Of a stretch of DNA of 64,000 bases, positions 29,499-40,234 are shown in pieces (within the stretch, counting starts at the first letter, position 1; every line of letters starts with the position of its first letter). The stretch is taken from NCBI GenBank assembly GCA_038063555.1, contig JBBTUX010000002.1, positions 6,806 to 70,805 on the forward strand, read 5' to 3'. The position numbers and the translations under genes were made by a program. Under the pieces are notes generated by a model. The model did no database searches, was not told the DNA's origin, and was given only the letters and a program-made list of their open reading frames with translations. Source of the stretch: Patescibacteria group bacterium. GTDB lineage: Bacteria > Patescibacteriota > Minisyncoccia > Phycocordibacterales > JAKFXT01.

Positions 29499-30824
29499 TC
29501 ACAGGAAGTAATCCCCCCGATCAGCGACGGCCTCAAGTTCTTCCGGATTGATCCCGCTTTTGATGGCGTCTTCAATCCAGTCGTTGACTGGTTTGTAGAG
29601 GCAGGTTACTTCGCGGCACTCATGCTCTGCGTTGAAATGTCGCAGTATTGAGGTGGTGGCTTCTTGTGTTTTGGCCACGCTTCCGGTATCCGCATAAGCA
29701 TCTTTCCCGGCGATGAAGGCCTTTCCAACTCCGCGATGTGCTGGGCAGTTGTAAAGTCCGCGTGGAGAGAGAACCTGGCGCAAGGCCTGCATGTGGCAGG
29801 TGTTCGGTTGCTTGGTGAAATCTCGCCATGTGTCGCTTTCCAGGAGCCGTAGATTGGTACTCTCCACGATGTTGAATGTGGGGGTTTCCAGTTTTTTGGC
29901 TTCGTTGATTGCAATTCGGATGCGGGCGATTGTGCTCCTGTAATCCTCAATCGCCCCGGTGTCCATCACTTCGCCGCCCTCCGGAGAGCGCCGAAGAAAC
30001 GGCTTGGCGGAAAAATAGCTGAACCCCGAATCATGCGCCAATTTTGCCGCAGGAACTATCTCATCGATATTCGGCACAACTGACACCTTCTCTGCGCTTT
30101 CGGCTCCACGCCAGGTGACAATAAAGGAAAAACCGATTTGAAGCCCCGGGTTTTTTTCGCGAATACCCGGTACTCCGGCACAAATTTCCTCCAATGACAC
30201 ATTTTGCTTCGGTTGATGCATGGCTTGAAAGGTTTGGTCATACGCGGAGTCAAGCGAAAGGCGCACCCAGTCACCGGGAGTGAACAAATGTGCCACCTCG
30301 CGGATTTTCTCGTTGCGGGAACCGTTGCTGACGACCGCCACTTGAATGTTGCGCTCTTTTAGGAAGCGAACGGTGTCTCCAAATCGAGGGTAAAGAGTCG
30401 GTTCGCCCCCCCCGATTAGAATTACCGAACGCAGCCCCCGCTCAATCAGTTGCGAAAGAGAAGACAGCAGTTTTTCGTGGGCATACTTGACCGGACTGTT
30501 CAGAATGTCCCAGTCGATGCAATGTCCACACGCGTAATTGCAGGCGGTGGTCATGTCCAAGTTCATGGAAAGCGGTCCGAAGTCCACGGGCATTTCCGGC
30601 GGAGCGTTGCCTTTCAAGAGGGCATGGTTCACCGCTCTTTGCCACTTCACATACGAAATGACCCTGGGCAGAACCGACTCCTGCCGCAATTTGGCGGTGA
30701 AATCATGACGCTGGTCGAGCTTGGGGCTCGGTGGCACCGTTTTCCCCGAGTTTGAAGCAATCTCCAAGTTTGGCTGTAAACCGCGCCTGGATTTAATCTT
30801 TATTACTTGTCTGGTCAGGTTCAC
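29499..30824 (-). CDS. radical SAM protein with C-terminal Cys-rich (SPASM/twitch-like) region
   Basis: CNYACGHC, GGGEPT, RLSLD; C-terminal cysteines; GTG start with AGGAG SD. Confidence 0.88.
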   Translation of the reverse strand: MNLTRQVIKIKSRRGLQPNLEIASNSGKTVPPSPKLDQRHDFTAKLRQESVLPRVISYVKWQRAVNHALLKGNAPPEMPVDFGPLSMNLDMTTACNYACGHCIDWDILNSPVKYAHEKLLSSLSQLIERGLRSVILIGGGEPTLYPRFGDTVRFLKERNIQVAVVSNGSRNEKIREVAHLFTPGDWVRLSLDSAYDQTFQAMHQPKQNVSLEEICAGVPGIREKNPGLQIGFSFIVTWRGAESAEKVSVVPNIDEIVPAAKLAHDSGFSYFSAKPFLRRSPEGGEVMDTGAIEDYRSTIARIRIAINEAKKLETPTFNIVESTNLRLLESDTWRDFTKQPNTCHMQALRQVLSPRGLYNCPAHRGVGKAFIAGKDAYADTGSVAKTQEATTSILRHFNAEHECREVTCLYKPVNDWIEDAIKSGINPEELEAVADRGDYFL

Positions 30825-31193
30825 GATGCTCTCCTAAAGTTTCATTAGTTCGGAAGGATTTAAAAGATCGGTCTAGTATGAAACTAGTCTTGTCCAACGT
30901 TAACACTTTTCTAGACACATTCCAATGTTTACATTTTTGTGGGGTAAAAGTGTCAAAGTGTTTAATTTTTTAAAAATTAGCAATTTGTCGCTTCTTCGAA
31001 CGTTTGCGCCAAGGAGCTTCAGAGAGAAGTGTGTGGGATGAAATAAAGATGCGGGTTGGCAAGTGGCGACCTGAATGGTTCTCACGGCGCAAGTAAGGGA
31101 TTTTTGCAATACAGGCGCGAAGGGGTCGAGAGGAACCACACGCGTTTTTTTTTCATGTTATACTGACGCACCAAACCATAACCAGAGGCGCCC

Positions 31194-32147
31194 ATGAGAA
31201 TGTCAATTATATTGCCTGTTTATAACGAAGCGGGTAGCATAGAGGAGCTTTACCTTCAAATTAAGAATGAGCTTGCTTTAGTGTCTTTTAAATATGAAAT
31301 TGTTGCTGTAAACGACGGCTCTACTGATAAGAGTTTAGAAATACTTGAGAAAATCGCCAAGGACGACCATAATTTCCGAGTACTCAATTTAAGCAAAAAC
31401 TATGGCCAAACAGCGGCGCTTTCCGCGGGACTTGACTTTGCTTCGGGCGAAGTAATTATACCGATGGATTCGGATTTACAGAATGATCCGGCGGATATCC
31501 CAAAATTCTTGGAGCTCATAGATGAGGGGTATGACGTAGTTTCCGGCTGGAGAAAGGACAGAAAAGACAATTTTCTTCGCCGCTTGCCATCCCAGATAGC
31601 CAACAAGCTCATTTCCTACATCACAAATGTGAAACTTCATGATTATGGCTGTACCATGAAGGCCTACAGTAAAGAAATAATAAAGGATGTGCGCTTCTAC
31701 GGAGAGATGCATCGCTTTATGCCGGTTTATGTTGCCTGGCACGGCGCGCGAATAAAAGAGCTCGTCGTAAATCATCGGGCGAGAATTCACGATAAGTCAA
31801 AGTACGGAATTGGCAGGACTTTCCGCGTAATTCTGGATCTTCTCACGGTTAAATTTCTGATGACTTATTTGGGAAGGCCGATGCACTTTTTCGGCTGGGC
31901 GGGACTTTTCTCTCTTTTTTTAAGTTTTATATCAGGAGGCGGGGCTATTTTTTTGAGAATATTTGAAGATATTCATTTTACTAGAACGCCCCTTCCGTTG
32001 TTGACAGTTTTTTTAGCTATCATGGGTGTCCAGTTTATCTTAATGGGATTATTGGCCGAAATTTTGATCAGAATTTATCACGAGCCACGTGGCAAGAATA
32101 CCTATACACTAAGAAGTAAAATAAACTTTGAGCATGAGTCAGTTTAA
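31194..32147 (+). CDS. glycosyltransferase family 2 (ArnC/GtrB-like polyprenyl-phosphate GT)
   Basis: PVYNE, NDGSTD, MDSDLQNDP, YGEMHRF, two C-terminal TMs. Confidence 0.9.
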   Translation: MRMSIILPVYNEAGSIEELYLQIKNELALVSFKYEIVAVNDGSTDKSLEILEKIAKDDHNFRVLNLSKNYGQTAALSAGLDFASGEVIIPMDSDLQNDPADIPKFLELIDEGYDVVSGWRKDRKDNFLRRLPSQIANKLISYITNVKLHDYGCTMKAYSKEIIKDVRFYGEMHRFMPVYVAWHGARIKELVVNHRARIHDKSKYGIGRTFRVILDLLTVKFLMTYLGRPMHFFGWAGLFSLFLSFISGGGAIFLRIFEDIHFTRTPLPLLTVFLAIMGVQFILMGLLAEILIRIYHEPRGKNTYTLRSKINFEHESV

Positions 32148-33903
32148 ACAAGTTCTCGTCGAACACAGGTGGGTGTTCATTTTGGCAATTCTCACTTCAG
32201 TTATAGTTTCCTTTCCGCAAATTTATTTTCGCGTTGACCATGGGGAAGGTCGATTCGGTGACGGTATTTATCAAGGAATAGAGCTTTTGCCGGATTCTCC
32301 ATGGTCTGCACGGGTTAGGGAAGTGCAGGATGGGCATCCGAATTTTGGAAGTATTTATTACAAAGAAGGAAAGGGTGACCCGTATCTTTTTCAGCCCCTT
32401 GGTTCCATGGTGGCGGCGTATGCGGGCAAGCTATTTTCTTTAGGAATTAACAACACCATTCTTCTTTCTCGTCTGGCACTTACTTTTTTTACCTCTCTTT
32501 TGATATACGCTTTTGTTTATCTTTTTTCTAGAGAAAAAATAGTTGCCTTATGCTGTACAGCGGTACTTTTGCTCGCAGAATCCATTTTAAGTTATTTTGG
32601 CCTCAAGCAGATTCTTCAGGGAATTAGTCCGGAAGATTTTCTTAGAATTGCAAGACCTGTTAATCCGGCAATGATATATATATTATTTTTCGGTTTTATG
32701 ACAGCTTTTTGGCTGTTTTATCAAAAAGGAACTTGGCGTTATGGAATTTTAAGCGCAATTTTGCTTGGTTTGAATTTTTATAATTATTTTTATTCATGGA
32801 CATTTCTCTACGCTTTCGGTGGATTTTTATTTTTAATACTTATTATCAGAAAAAATTGGCAAAAGGCTTTTAAAATAGGTACTGTTTTTGTTGGCGCGCT
32901 TCTTTTGATGATTCCTTACGCCATAAATTTTTACCGCGCCACATTGCACCCGGCTTATGCGGAAGCGAGTGTACGTTTTGGGGTAATTGAAACCCACGCG
33001 CCTTTATTTGTCGGCTTTGTAGTAATTGTTGCCCTCGTTATCTTTTTGTGGAAATTTCCAAGAGAAGATAGAGAGAAATATATTTTTGGATTAGCGCTTT
33101 TACTTGCACCCTTCCTCACTATGAACCAACAGCTTCTTACGGGTAAGGTTTTACAAGCGGCTCATTATCATTGGTTTTTTCATAAGCCAATAGCAGTTAT
33201 CTTTACTCTCATAGTGGTTTTCTATTTACTTGAACGTTACAAACTTTTTCTTTATAAGAAAGTGTTGGCAGTTCTAATTATTTCGACAAGTATTGCGACC
33301 GGGGTCTTTGTTCAGGGGACTTCTTATGTTGGGGGTGACAACGACGGCGGCAGTGTAGCCATCGAGAGACAGAAATATGGACCGGTTATGAAATGGTTGA
33401 ATGCAAATGCCGAAAAAGAAGCAGTTGTCATGTCCAACAATGAAACTTCCCACATGGTAGCAATTTATACTCCCCTAAATCTTTTTTATCATCGAGCTGC
33501 AATGTACTCTCTCGCCGCTACAAAAGAGCGTCTCCTCGAGGTTTGGTTTACTTTTTACCGTCTTAACGGTGTGGGAGCGACGGATGCCCGAGAGAAAATT
33601 TTTGCAGATCGCGAACTAGTTTCCGCGAATATTTACGGTATGTACTACCGAGAACTTTTAGGCGCGTATGAAGCGATTCCTGATGAAAAAATTGAAGAAA
33701 TTGTCAAATTGTATGAAAAGGGACTTACCATATCAAACTCTAAATGGCTGAAACAGATGATGGATAAGTACGAAGTAGAATATATTGTTTGGGATAAAAA
33801 TAATAATCCGACCTGGGAATTGGATCAGTATGATTATCTTAATAAAGTGGTCGATTTCAGCGACTACAATCTTGCCATCTATCATTTTCGCCCATATCCG
33901 TGA
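32134..33903 (+). CDS. polytopic membrane protein, probable GT-C-type glycosyltransferase
   Basis: Many TMs; C-terminal WL..N...EAVV and YEVEYIVWD; follows GT2. Confidence 0.6.
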   Translation: MSQFKQVLVEHRWVFILAILTSVIVSFPQIYFRVDHGEGRFGDGIYQGIELLPDSPWSARVREVQDGHPNFGSIYYKEGKGDPYLFQPLGSMVAAYAGKLFSLGINNTILLSRLALTFFTSLLIYAFVYLFSREKIVALCCTAVLLLAESILSYFGLKQILQGISPEDFLRIARPVNPAMIYILFFGFMTAFWLFYQKGTWRYGILSAILLGLNFYNYFYSWTFLYAFGGFLFLILIIRKNWQKAFKIGTVFVGALLLMIPYAINFYRATLHPAYAEASVRFGVIETHAPLFVGFVVIVALVIFLWKFPREDREKYIFGLALLLAPFLTMNQQLLTGKVLQAAHYHWFFHKPIAVIFTLIVVFYLLERYKLFLYKKVLAVLIISTSIATGVFVQGTSYVGGDNDGGSVAIERQKYGPVMKWLNANAEKEAVVMSNNETSHMVAIYTPLNLFYHRAAMYSLAATKERLLEVWFTFYRLNGVGATDAREKIFADRELVSANIYGMYYRELLGAYEAIPDEKIEEIVKLYEKGLTISNSKWLKQMMDKYEVEYIVWDKNNNPTWELDQYDYLNKVVDFSDYNLAIYHFRPYP

Positions 33904-33939
33904 ACCCGACTATGTACACTCCCTGTAACTGTTGATTAT

Positions 33940-36012
33940 ATGACAATTTTTTTAGCCATTGCATTTTTTTCAATCCTGTTCTTTTTTGGTTGGCAGACGG
34001 CTCGTTTTATTTTTAACGAAAACCGCATTGAATATTTAATTGCCTTTGCAGGAATCTTTGGAATTGGGCTATACACATTTTTTATTAATGTAGCCGGCTT
34101 GTTTATTCCGATACAAACAGCATTTTACCTAATATTACTTATTTTTCTTTTGCTGGCACTTACTTGTTATGCGAGTCGGCGGCTTCAGATATTTGGCCAT
34201 CAGAAACATCTGGAATGGGGGATTGATACAAGGTGGAGAAAAATACTTCTTTTCTTCACTTTATTTTTAACTCTTTCTGTTGGTCTCATTTCTTTTCGTC
34301 ATCCTATGGATTTAGCCACTATTCGCGAACCTACGGCAGCGACTATAGCCGAAGGAAACTTTCCGCCCATGGAAATATTCAGTCCAACAAACCCATTTCG
34401 CTATCACTATGCTCCAGATTTATTTTCCGCCGCCATTCACAAAGTAACAGACATGCCTCTGTATTTGGCTTATGATTTTCAAAATGCGATTTTGAGCGGG
34501 ACCTTGTTTCTTTTGGTTTTTCTTTTCATTAAATTATTTTTTGCCAACAATTTTGTGGCGTTTTTTTCTTCATTATCTACGGTATATGCCGGAACCCTTG
34601 TTTTCTTTGAAGGTTTTAAAGGCATTCCGGTTTTATATAATAAATATATTTTGGAACAGGAAATCCAGGCCCCCTTTAAGTTTATTTCTGACGCCATTGT
34701 CGGAGAATATACCACTCCGGTAATAAATTCTGTTATTACACTGCATTGGGGGGCGATGGCTTTCTCCTTGATGATGATTGTGGTGTATATCTATTTCCGT
34801 TTGCTACAGACGGAAAAAGAAGATCGCCGCACATTGATATTTTTTACGGGTGGGTTTTTATTCGCTCTTCTGGCTCTTGTTTCAGAATCTTACTTTGCAG
34901 TTTTGAGCGTTATTTTTTTCTCTTTTCCATTTATCTTCTATTTCTTCGAAAGAGACACGGTAAAAGCGAAAAAAGTTTTTGTCACATCGTTCTTCCTCTT
35001 GTTAATAGCTTTGCCTGTGGCCTTCTCCCAAGGAGGACTTCTAAGTGCTGCCCTTGCTCAACAACTTCATCTGCCCTCCACTCAAAATTCAGATGAAACG
35101 ATTCTATATGCAAACAATAAAGATAATGTCGGCCCCTTTAAATTTGGTACGCCCTGGTTGCTGTATGATGGCAAGCCATTGTACAACCCCCAGTTCCTTG
35201 TGGAATGGATACTATTGCTGGCAGTGCTCGGTCCGGCCCTTGTTTTTTTGTTCAGGAGTCGTTTTGACCTGGCTCTTTTTCTGACAAGCTTAATACTTTT
35301 ATTTTTTTCAATTCCCCTTTTTATTGACTCGGATTTTCCGATTCTTGCCGGTCAGCTAGGAAGATTCTTTTACCCGATAAATCTGTTTGGAGGTCTCCTC
35401 GTGGGCCTGTTTTTGGCAACTTTGTACCTGCGTATGCAAAAACCCCTGCTTAAAGGAGTTCTTTTATTTTTTGTCTTTATTCTTATGGCACAAGGTCTAT
35501 TTACTCATTCTGTCTGGTTGGCTTTTGGATATCCCCTAGGGGGTGCCTGGAACCCGAATGCAAAGTTTTTTGCCGAAGCAGGTACCCTTGAGGCGAATGC
35601 ATATAGCTGGGTCAAAAAGAATACCACCACTCATGATATTTTTCTTATTATTAAAGACGATTACACGGAATGTGGAGCTTCCAGCGCCCCGAACTGCCTT
35701 TTTATTCTCAATACAGGCAGAATGGCCCCCATCTTTACACATCGTGGTACCGGTGATAACACTGAATCTGAAACATCGTCGCCGGAAAAGGCAATCTTGT
35801 TCAGCGAAGCAAGCAAAAGTTGTACGCCCAATATTTTAAGGAAGCTGAACTATGGCTATATTTATGTTGACGGAGAGTGGCGATTGGGCATGGAAGAAAA
35901 ATGTGTTAAAAACAATAATCTCGAGCTTGTATTTGAAGGCACTGAAGAAACGAAATTTATTAGGATTTATAAAATCAAAGAGGGCGGTTACAGTAGAAAT
36001 AAAACTTTTTAA
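33940..36012 (+). CDS. polytopic membrane protein, probable GT-C-type glycosyltransferase
   Basis: Many TMs; G.FPP..YHY motif; AYSWVKKNT, YIYV. Confidence 0.6.
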   Translation: MTIFLAIAFFSILFFFGWQTARFIFNENRIEYLIAFAGIFGIGLYTFFINVAGLFIPIQTAFYLILLIFLLLALTCYASRRLQIFGHQKHLEWGIDTRWRKILLFFTLFLTLSVGLISFRHPMDLATIREPTAATIAEGNFPPMEIFSPTNPFRYHYAPDLFSAAIHKVTDMPLYLAYDFQNAILSGTLFLLVFLFIKLFFANNFVAFFSSLSTVYAGTLVFFEGFKGIPVLYNKYILEQEIQAPFKFISDAIVGEYTTPVINSVITLHWGAMAFSLMMIVVYIYFRLLQTEKEDRRTLIFFTGGFLFALLALVSESYFAVLSVIFFSFPFIFYFFERDTVKAKKVFVTSFFLLLIALPVAFSQGGLLSAALAQQLHLPSTQNSDETILYANNKDNVGPFKFGTPWLLYDGKPLYNPQFLVEWILLLAVLGPALVFLFRSRFDLALFLTSLILLFFSIPLFIDSDFPILAGQLGRFFYPINLFGGLLVGLFLATLYLRMQKPLLKGVLLFFVFILMAQGLFTHSVWLAFGYPLGGAWNPNAKFFAEAGTLEANAYSWVKKNTTTHDIFLIIKDDYTECGASSAPNCLFILNTGRMAPIFTHRGTGDNTESETSSPEKAILFSEASKSCTPNILRKLNYGYIYVDGEWRLGMEEKCVKNNNLELVFEGTEETKFIRIYKIKEGGYSRNKTF

Positions 36013-36018
36013 CGTTTC

Positions 36019-36435
36019 TCATTCCCCGTTGTGCATCTTTAGCTGTCTATCTTCTTCCTTCCTAAAAATAAAATTATAGATTATAAAATTAATAACAGCC
36101 AGAGCCCCCAACATGATTATCTGCGCATGGATATACCACATCCCCTGTATTTCGACTAAAAAATAAATTGCGGAAGTGCTGACCATAACATTACAAACAA
36201 CTAAAAGGGTGAAAAAAAACAACTGTCGAGGAATGCGTCGCGTATTTTTCTCTCCAAAGGTCCAAAATTTCTGAAGTGAAAAATTTAAGAAAAATGACGC
36301 AAGAAAAGCAAAAATAACCGAGGTCAAATAGTGTATTCTTAAAAACTCCGTTAATGTGTATGTTAAAGCAAGATAAGTAAGCGCGGCATACCCGCCTGAA
36401 AATAACGACTTGGTGAATTTTTTTGCAAGTGGCAT
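36019..36435 (-). CDS. GtrA-family protein
   Basis: 4 TMs, NFSLQKFWTF; start placed at MPLAKK. Confidence 0.85.
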   Translation of the reverse strand: MPLAKKFTKSLFSGGYAALTYLALTYTLTEFLRIHYLTSVIFAFLASFFLNFSLQKFWTFGEKNTRRIPRQLFFFTLLVVCNVMVSTSAIYFLVEIQGMWYIHAQIIMLGALAVINFIIYNFIFRKEEDRQLKMHNGE

Positions 36436-36487
36436 GCGAAAATAAATAGGACTTACGCACCTACCAGACCCACAAAAAATCAGATAA

Positions 36488-36525
36488 TGTAAATGCTTGT
36501 GTAAATGCTTGTGTAAATGCTTGTG
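36488..36525. repeat. 12-bp tandem repeat x3
   Basis: (TGTAAATGCTTG)3-TG in divergent intergenic region. Confidence 0.9.
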
Positions 36526-36666
36526 AATATAATAACATGCCCAATGTCTCAATAAAAATATCCTTCGGAGCTTTACACCAAGAAAGGAAGAGATAATTGA
36601 GAATATAGCACTTCAAGATAGGCCCATTGCAAAATATAAGAAACATAGGTTAAACTACCTTTCAAT

Positions 36667-37740
36667 ATGACTGCCAAAGCTAAAAATGCCAAAACGATAC
36701 TGATTACTGGGGGTGCGGGTTTTATTGGAAGCAATATTGTTGAATATCTTTTTGATAAATATCCAGCATACAATTTTATTGTTCTGGACGCTCTAACATA
36801 TGCTGGCGATATAAAAAATATTCCGGAGCGTATTCATAAAGCAAAAAATTTTCGCTTCGTGTACGGCGATGTTCGTAATGCCAAAATTGTGCAACACCTT
36901 GTTTCTAAGGTGACGGATATTATTCATTTTGCCGCAGAAACCCACGTAGCCCGGTCTATTTATGATGATGCACGTTTTTTTGAAACAGATGTCTTGGGTA
37001 CATTGGAAATTGCTAACGCCGTTTTAGTCAATCGTAGTAATATTTCTCTTTTTATTCATATTTCTACAAGTGAAGTATATGGGACGGCTAAGTCACGTCT
37101 AATGGATGAAAGTCATCCTTTGAATCCAGCAAGCCCATATGCTGGAGCAAAGACAGGGGCTGATCGTTTGGTGTCGTCTTATTATCTTACGCATAGAATA
37201 CCTGCTGTAATTTTAAGAATATTTAATCAATTTGGACCAAGACAACATTTAGAGAAGTTAATTCCACGTTTTATCACCAATATTATTTCTGGGGAATTGC
37301 TCACCATTCATGGAACAGGTAATAGTATGCGCGATTTTACATATGTTTCAGATTTGGCGCGAGGAATTGATTTGGTCCTTCATGCACCTAAAGAAAAGGT
37401 TGTGGGAGAGGTTTTTAATTTGGGTAACGGGCAGAGTTTTTCTATTAATGAAGTTGCTCAAAAAATTATCAAATTAATGAAGCGAAATCATAAGTTATCA
37501 AAACTAAAATTTAGTCATTCTGCGTTGAATATAGGTGACCGTCCAGGACAAGTTTTCCGACACACGGCTTCGTATGACAAGATCAAAAAAGTTCTTGGTT
37601 GGAAGCCGAGAGTTAAGTTTGATAATGGTTTGGAAAAAACAATTGATTGGTATTTAGATAATCAATTGTGGTGGCGAGACAAAAAATGGATGCGTCATGT
37701 GGAGATTGAAACAGAGGCAGGGAAATTTGAAAAACATTAA
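36667..37740 (+). CDS. rfbB: dTDP-glucose 4,6-dehydratase family
   Basis: TGGAGFIG, DALTYAG, HFAAETHV, ISTSEVYG, YAGAK, EKLIPRF. Confidence 0.8.
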   Translation: MTAKAKNAKTILITGGAGFIGSNIVEYLFDKYPAYNFIVLDALTYAGDIKNIPERIHKAKNFRFVYGDVRNAKIVQHLVSKVTDIIHFAAETHVARSIYDDARFFETDVLGTLEIANAVLVNRSNISLFIHISTSEVYGTAKSRLMDESHPLNPASPYAGAKTGADRLVSSYYLTHRIPAVILRIFNQFGPRQHLEKLIPRFITNIISGELLTIHGTGNSMRDFTYVSDLARGIDLVLHAPKEKVVGEVFNLGNGQSFSINEVAQKIIKLMKRNHKLSKLKFSHSALNIGDRPGQVFRHTASYDKIKKVLGWKPRVKFDNGLEKTIDWYLDNQLWWRDKKWMRHVEIETEAGKFEKH

Positions 37741-37752
37741 TTTTTTATAATT

Positions 37753-38448
37753 TTAGCGTAAACGAAGTACGTAAGTAATCATATCGCGGACAAACTCAAG
37801 AGATGTCCATACGTAGATTTTTGATTTTCCGTGAGTTCTTTTTAAGAATTCAATAGGGATTTCTATAAAAGGTATTTTGGCTCGATTAAGTCGTATGACC
37901 CATTCGGCGTCAATAAAGTATCTGTGATTAGTGAGAGTAACTAATTTTAGTATTTCTCGTCGCATAAATTTTGGTTTTGCGTTGACGTCCCAAGTTGTAT
38001 CACCAAACAATAGAACAAAAATAAGGTTAAAGAAAAAGCTCTGCACTTTGCGGAAAAGAGATTCTCGTCGTATGACACGAACTGCTTTTGCGGCTCTAGC
38101 TTTTTTAGATTCCATAACGCTATAAACATTGAATATCTCTTGAGGAGCTATTTGACCATCACCATCACACCATCCTATGGTGTTTCCTTTGGCCTCCTTA
38201 ATCCCTTCTAATATTGCTGCACCGTAACCTTTATTGGTGAGAAAATGTATCACAGAAATATTCTTATCTTTCAGTATTAATTCGTCGAGTATCCTCCGAG
38301 TATTGTCGGTTGATCCGTCATTGACGATGATCAATTCGAAACTAACTCCATTTTTTTTGAAGATAGAGAGAATCTCATTGGCAGTTTGTTTAAGTCTCTC
38401 ACCTTCGTTATAGATGGGTAAAATGAGAGAAAGATCGGGTGTCTCCAT
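37753..38448 (-). CDS. glycosyltransferase family 2 (DPM synthase-like)
   Basis: PIYNE, NDGSTD, NKGYG, DGDGQ. Confidence 0.88.
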   Translation of the reverse strand: METPDLSLILPIYNEGERLKQTANEILSIFKKNGVSFELIIVNDGSTDNTRRILDELILKDKNISVIHFLTNKGYGAAILEGIKEAKGNTIGWCDGDGQIAPQEIFNVYSVMESKKARAAKAVRVIRRESLFRKVQSFFFNLIFVLLFGDTTWDVNAKPKFMRREILKLVTLTNHRYFIDAEWVIRLNRAKIPFIEIPIEFLKRTHGKSKIYVWTSLEFVRDMITYVLRLR

Positions 38449-38502
38449 ATCAGGTGGGTCTTAAATAGCTTATTCTGTTTAATAACTCAATAACAGCAAA
38501 TA

Positions 38503-39261
38503 TTATCTTGGATTTTTTTGGGCGATACAAAGAAGGGAAGTTCCAAACGGAAAGTTTAACCAAGGTAATAATTTTCCCTCTAGACCAAATAACCATGCCA
38601 TCATGTTATTTAGTATGGGTGGCATAGCAATAATATCAGATTCGCCCGTGCGTACTCCAAATGCTTTTTTTGTAAGACGTATCAGGGCAATCGGAATAAA
38701 AAATATCGTATTGAAGTAGGAAAGCCGGAGAATGGTTAATCCGGTAGATGCCTCAATCGTGGTGCGCATTAATTTTTTTGTGTAACGCCTCTTGTGTAGA
38801 TTGACATCATCGTGCTCGCTCCACAGGAACTGGTATGCGGGAACTGTTATAATCACCAACCCTCCCGGCTCCAATACAGATTCTATTTTTTTTAACGCTT
38901 CTTTGTCGTCCTCAATGTGTTCTAAGGAGTCAAATAATGTAACAAGTTTAAAGGTTTGGTTGACGGCAACATCTGTCCAGAGTCCCTTTATGATGTGCAC
39001 ATTTTTTATTCTTCGTTTGAGGATTTCTATCATTTCATCGGCCATCTCTACGCAATATACGGAGTCGGAGATTTTAGCCACTAATGTGGTAAGGTAGCCG
39101 GTTCCGCAGCCGATATCGAGCGCGCGAGCGTTCTTTTGGGGAATTGTTTTGTGTTTTAGTAACCGAGAAAATATCTTATATCGACCGATGAACCACCAGT
39201 GCGTTTCTTCCTGGAGCCGGTAATCTTCATAGAGACTTTTTTGCATATGCGTTTTTTGCAT
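38503..39261 (-). CDS. class I SAM-dependent methyltransferase
   Basis: HWWF..R, LDIGCGTG, DSLEHI, TVPA..FLWS.HD..H.RRY. Confidence 0.88.
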   Translation of the reverse strand: MQKTHMQKSLYEDYRLQEETHWWFIGRYKIFSRLLKHKTIPQKNARALDIGCGTGYLTTLVAKISDSVYCVEMADEMIEILKRRIKNVHIIKGLWTDVAVNQTFKLVTLFDSLEHIEDDKEALKKIESVLEPGGLVIITVPAYQFLWSEHDDVNLHKRRYTKKLMRTTIEASTGLTILRLSYFNTIFFIPIALIRLTKKAFGVRTGESDIIAMPPILNNMMAWLFGLEGKLLPWLNFPFGTSLLCIAQKNPR

Positions 39262-39299
39262 TATGTAGTTGTGTAGAAGATAAGTCAATGATGTTTTTC

Positions 39300-39591
39300 A
39301 GAAATTCGTAACATTTTAGAATACCCCAAAAACAGAATCCCAAAACAACATCTCTTCCTTTTTTTATTTGTCGTGATTACTTTCGGCATGAATACACTTT
39401 TTATGTACACGAAGGTCGATATATCTGTGATTTATTACTTTATTTATTACTTAGCAGTGCAGCTTATTTCAAGCGGCAAATTTGCCTTTTGCAGCTATCT
39501 TGTGAACAAAAATATTATTTTTCGTACTGTAAGCAATTATGGTATTACAATAGATAATTTTTTACCCGAGTTTTTTTATTTTGTTTCTTGA
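39300..39591 (+). pseudogene. degenerate GtrA-like remnant
   Basis: Frame reads ..KQHLFLFLFVVITFGMNTLFMY..VDI..YYLAVQ..SYLVNKNIIF; no good start; overlaps the next gene. Confidence 0.35.
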
Positions 39592-40105
39592 AGAGTTTAA
39601 CCGCCTGCGGAATAGTACGATCTTTGTGCAATTTAAGAGTGTTTTTTGGTAGGGCATTAACTGAATACCAAGTTCCTTTTTTTCCACTAGTCTTACAAAG
39701 ATAAGTTATTACAAGAATGTGGCCACGCGCTTCCCTTTTGTTATTCAAGTGTCCTAAAAAGTCTAATATTTTTAGATTTCCCCCGAATTCGTCTTTTGAA
39801 AGTCGTGTGATTACATCACTAAATTCTTCGCCTACTCTTAAAATTGATCCAGGAACATGCCATATTCCTGGATAGGCGCTATCATTAAGTGATCTTTTAG
39901 TGAGAAATACCTCAATATTTTTTTTCCATTTGTTTCTTCTGATGCACACTGCGTCAATGGAGACACTTACGCTTACACGGGCCACAGCATTAAAAAGAAG
40001 TGTTCCTTTCGGTTTTTGGGGGTCAATTTTACTCAAAGCTTTTATTACATGTTTTTTTTCTATTTCGTAGGTATTTTTTTCTTGTAAGATTGACTTTTTT
40101 AACAT
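39545..40105 (-). CDS. NUDIX-fold hydrolase (degenerate box)
   Basis: SIDAVC, FLTKR, WHVPGS..R.GE...D...RL...E. Confidence 0.7.
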   Translation of the reverse strand: MLKKSILQEKNTYEIEKKHVIKALSKIDPQKPKGTLLFNAVARVSVSVSIDAVCIRRNKWKKNIEVFLTKRSLNDSAYPGIWHVPGSILRVGEEFSDVITRLSKDEFGGNLKILDFLGHLNNKREARGHILVITYLCKTSGKKGTWYSVNALPKNTLKLHKDRTIPQAVKLFKKQNKKTRVKNYLL

Positions 40106-40234
40106 ATGATCGTTTATTAGATTTATATTGAGGTTTTTTATACTTTCGGGTAAAGTAAAAATATAGTAAGATGGGCTTTACTGCAAGTCTCGGTATTGTT
40201 AGGCATGGCTTTTTAAAAATAAGATAATAAAATA

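Noticed and set aside
31004-31092. Possible structured RNA (TTGCGCC...GGCGCAA) in divergent intergenic region
   Set aside because: Only a 7-bp stem and no convincing internal structure.
36436-36552. N-terminal HKHLHKHLHKHL extension of GtrA
   Set aside because: Translation of the 12-bp repeat from an unlikely upstream start; the GtrA domain starts at 36435.
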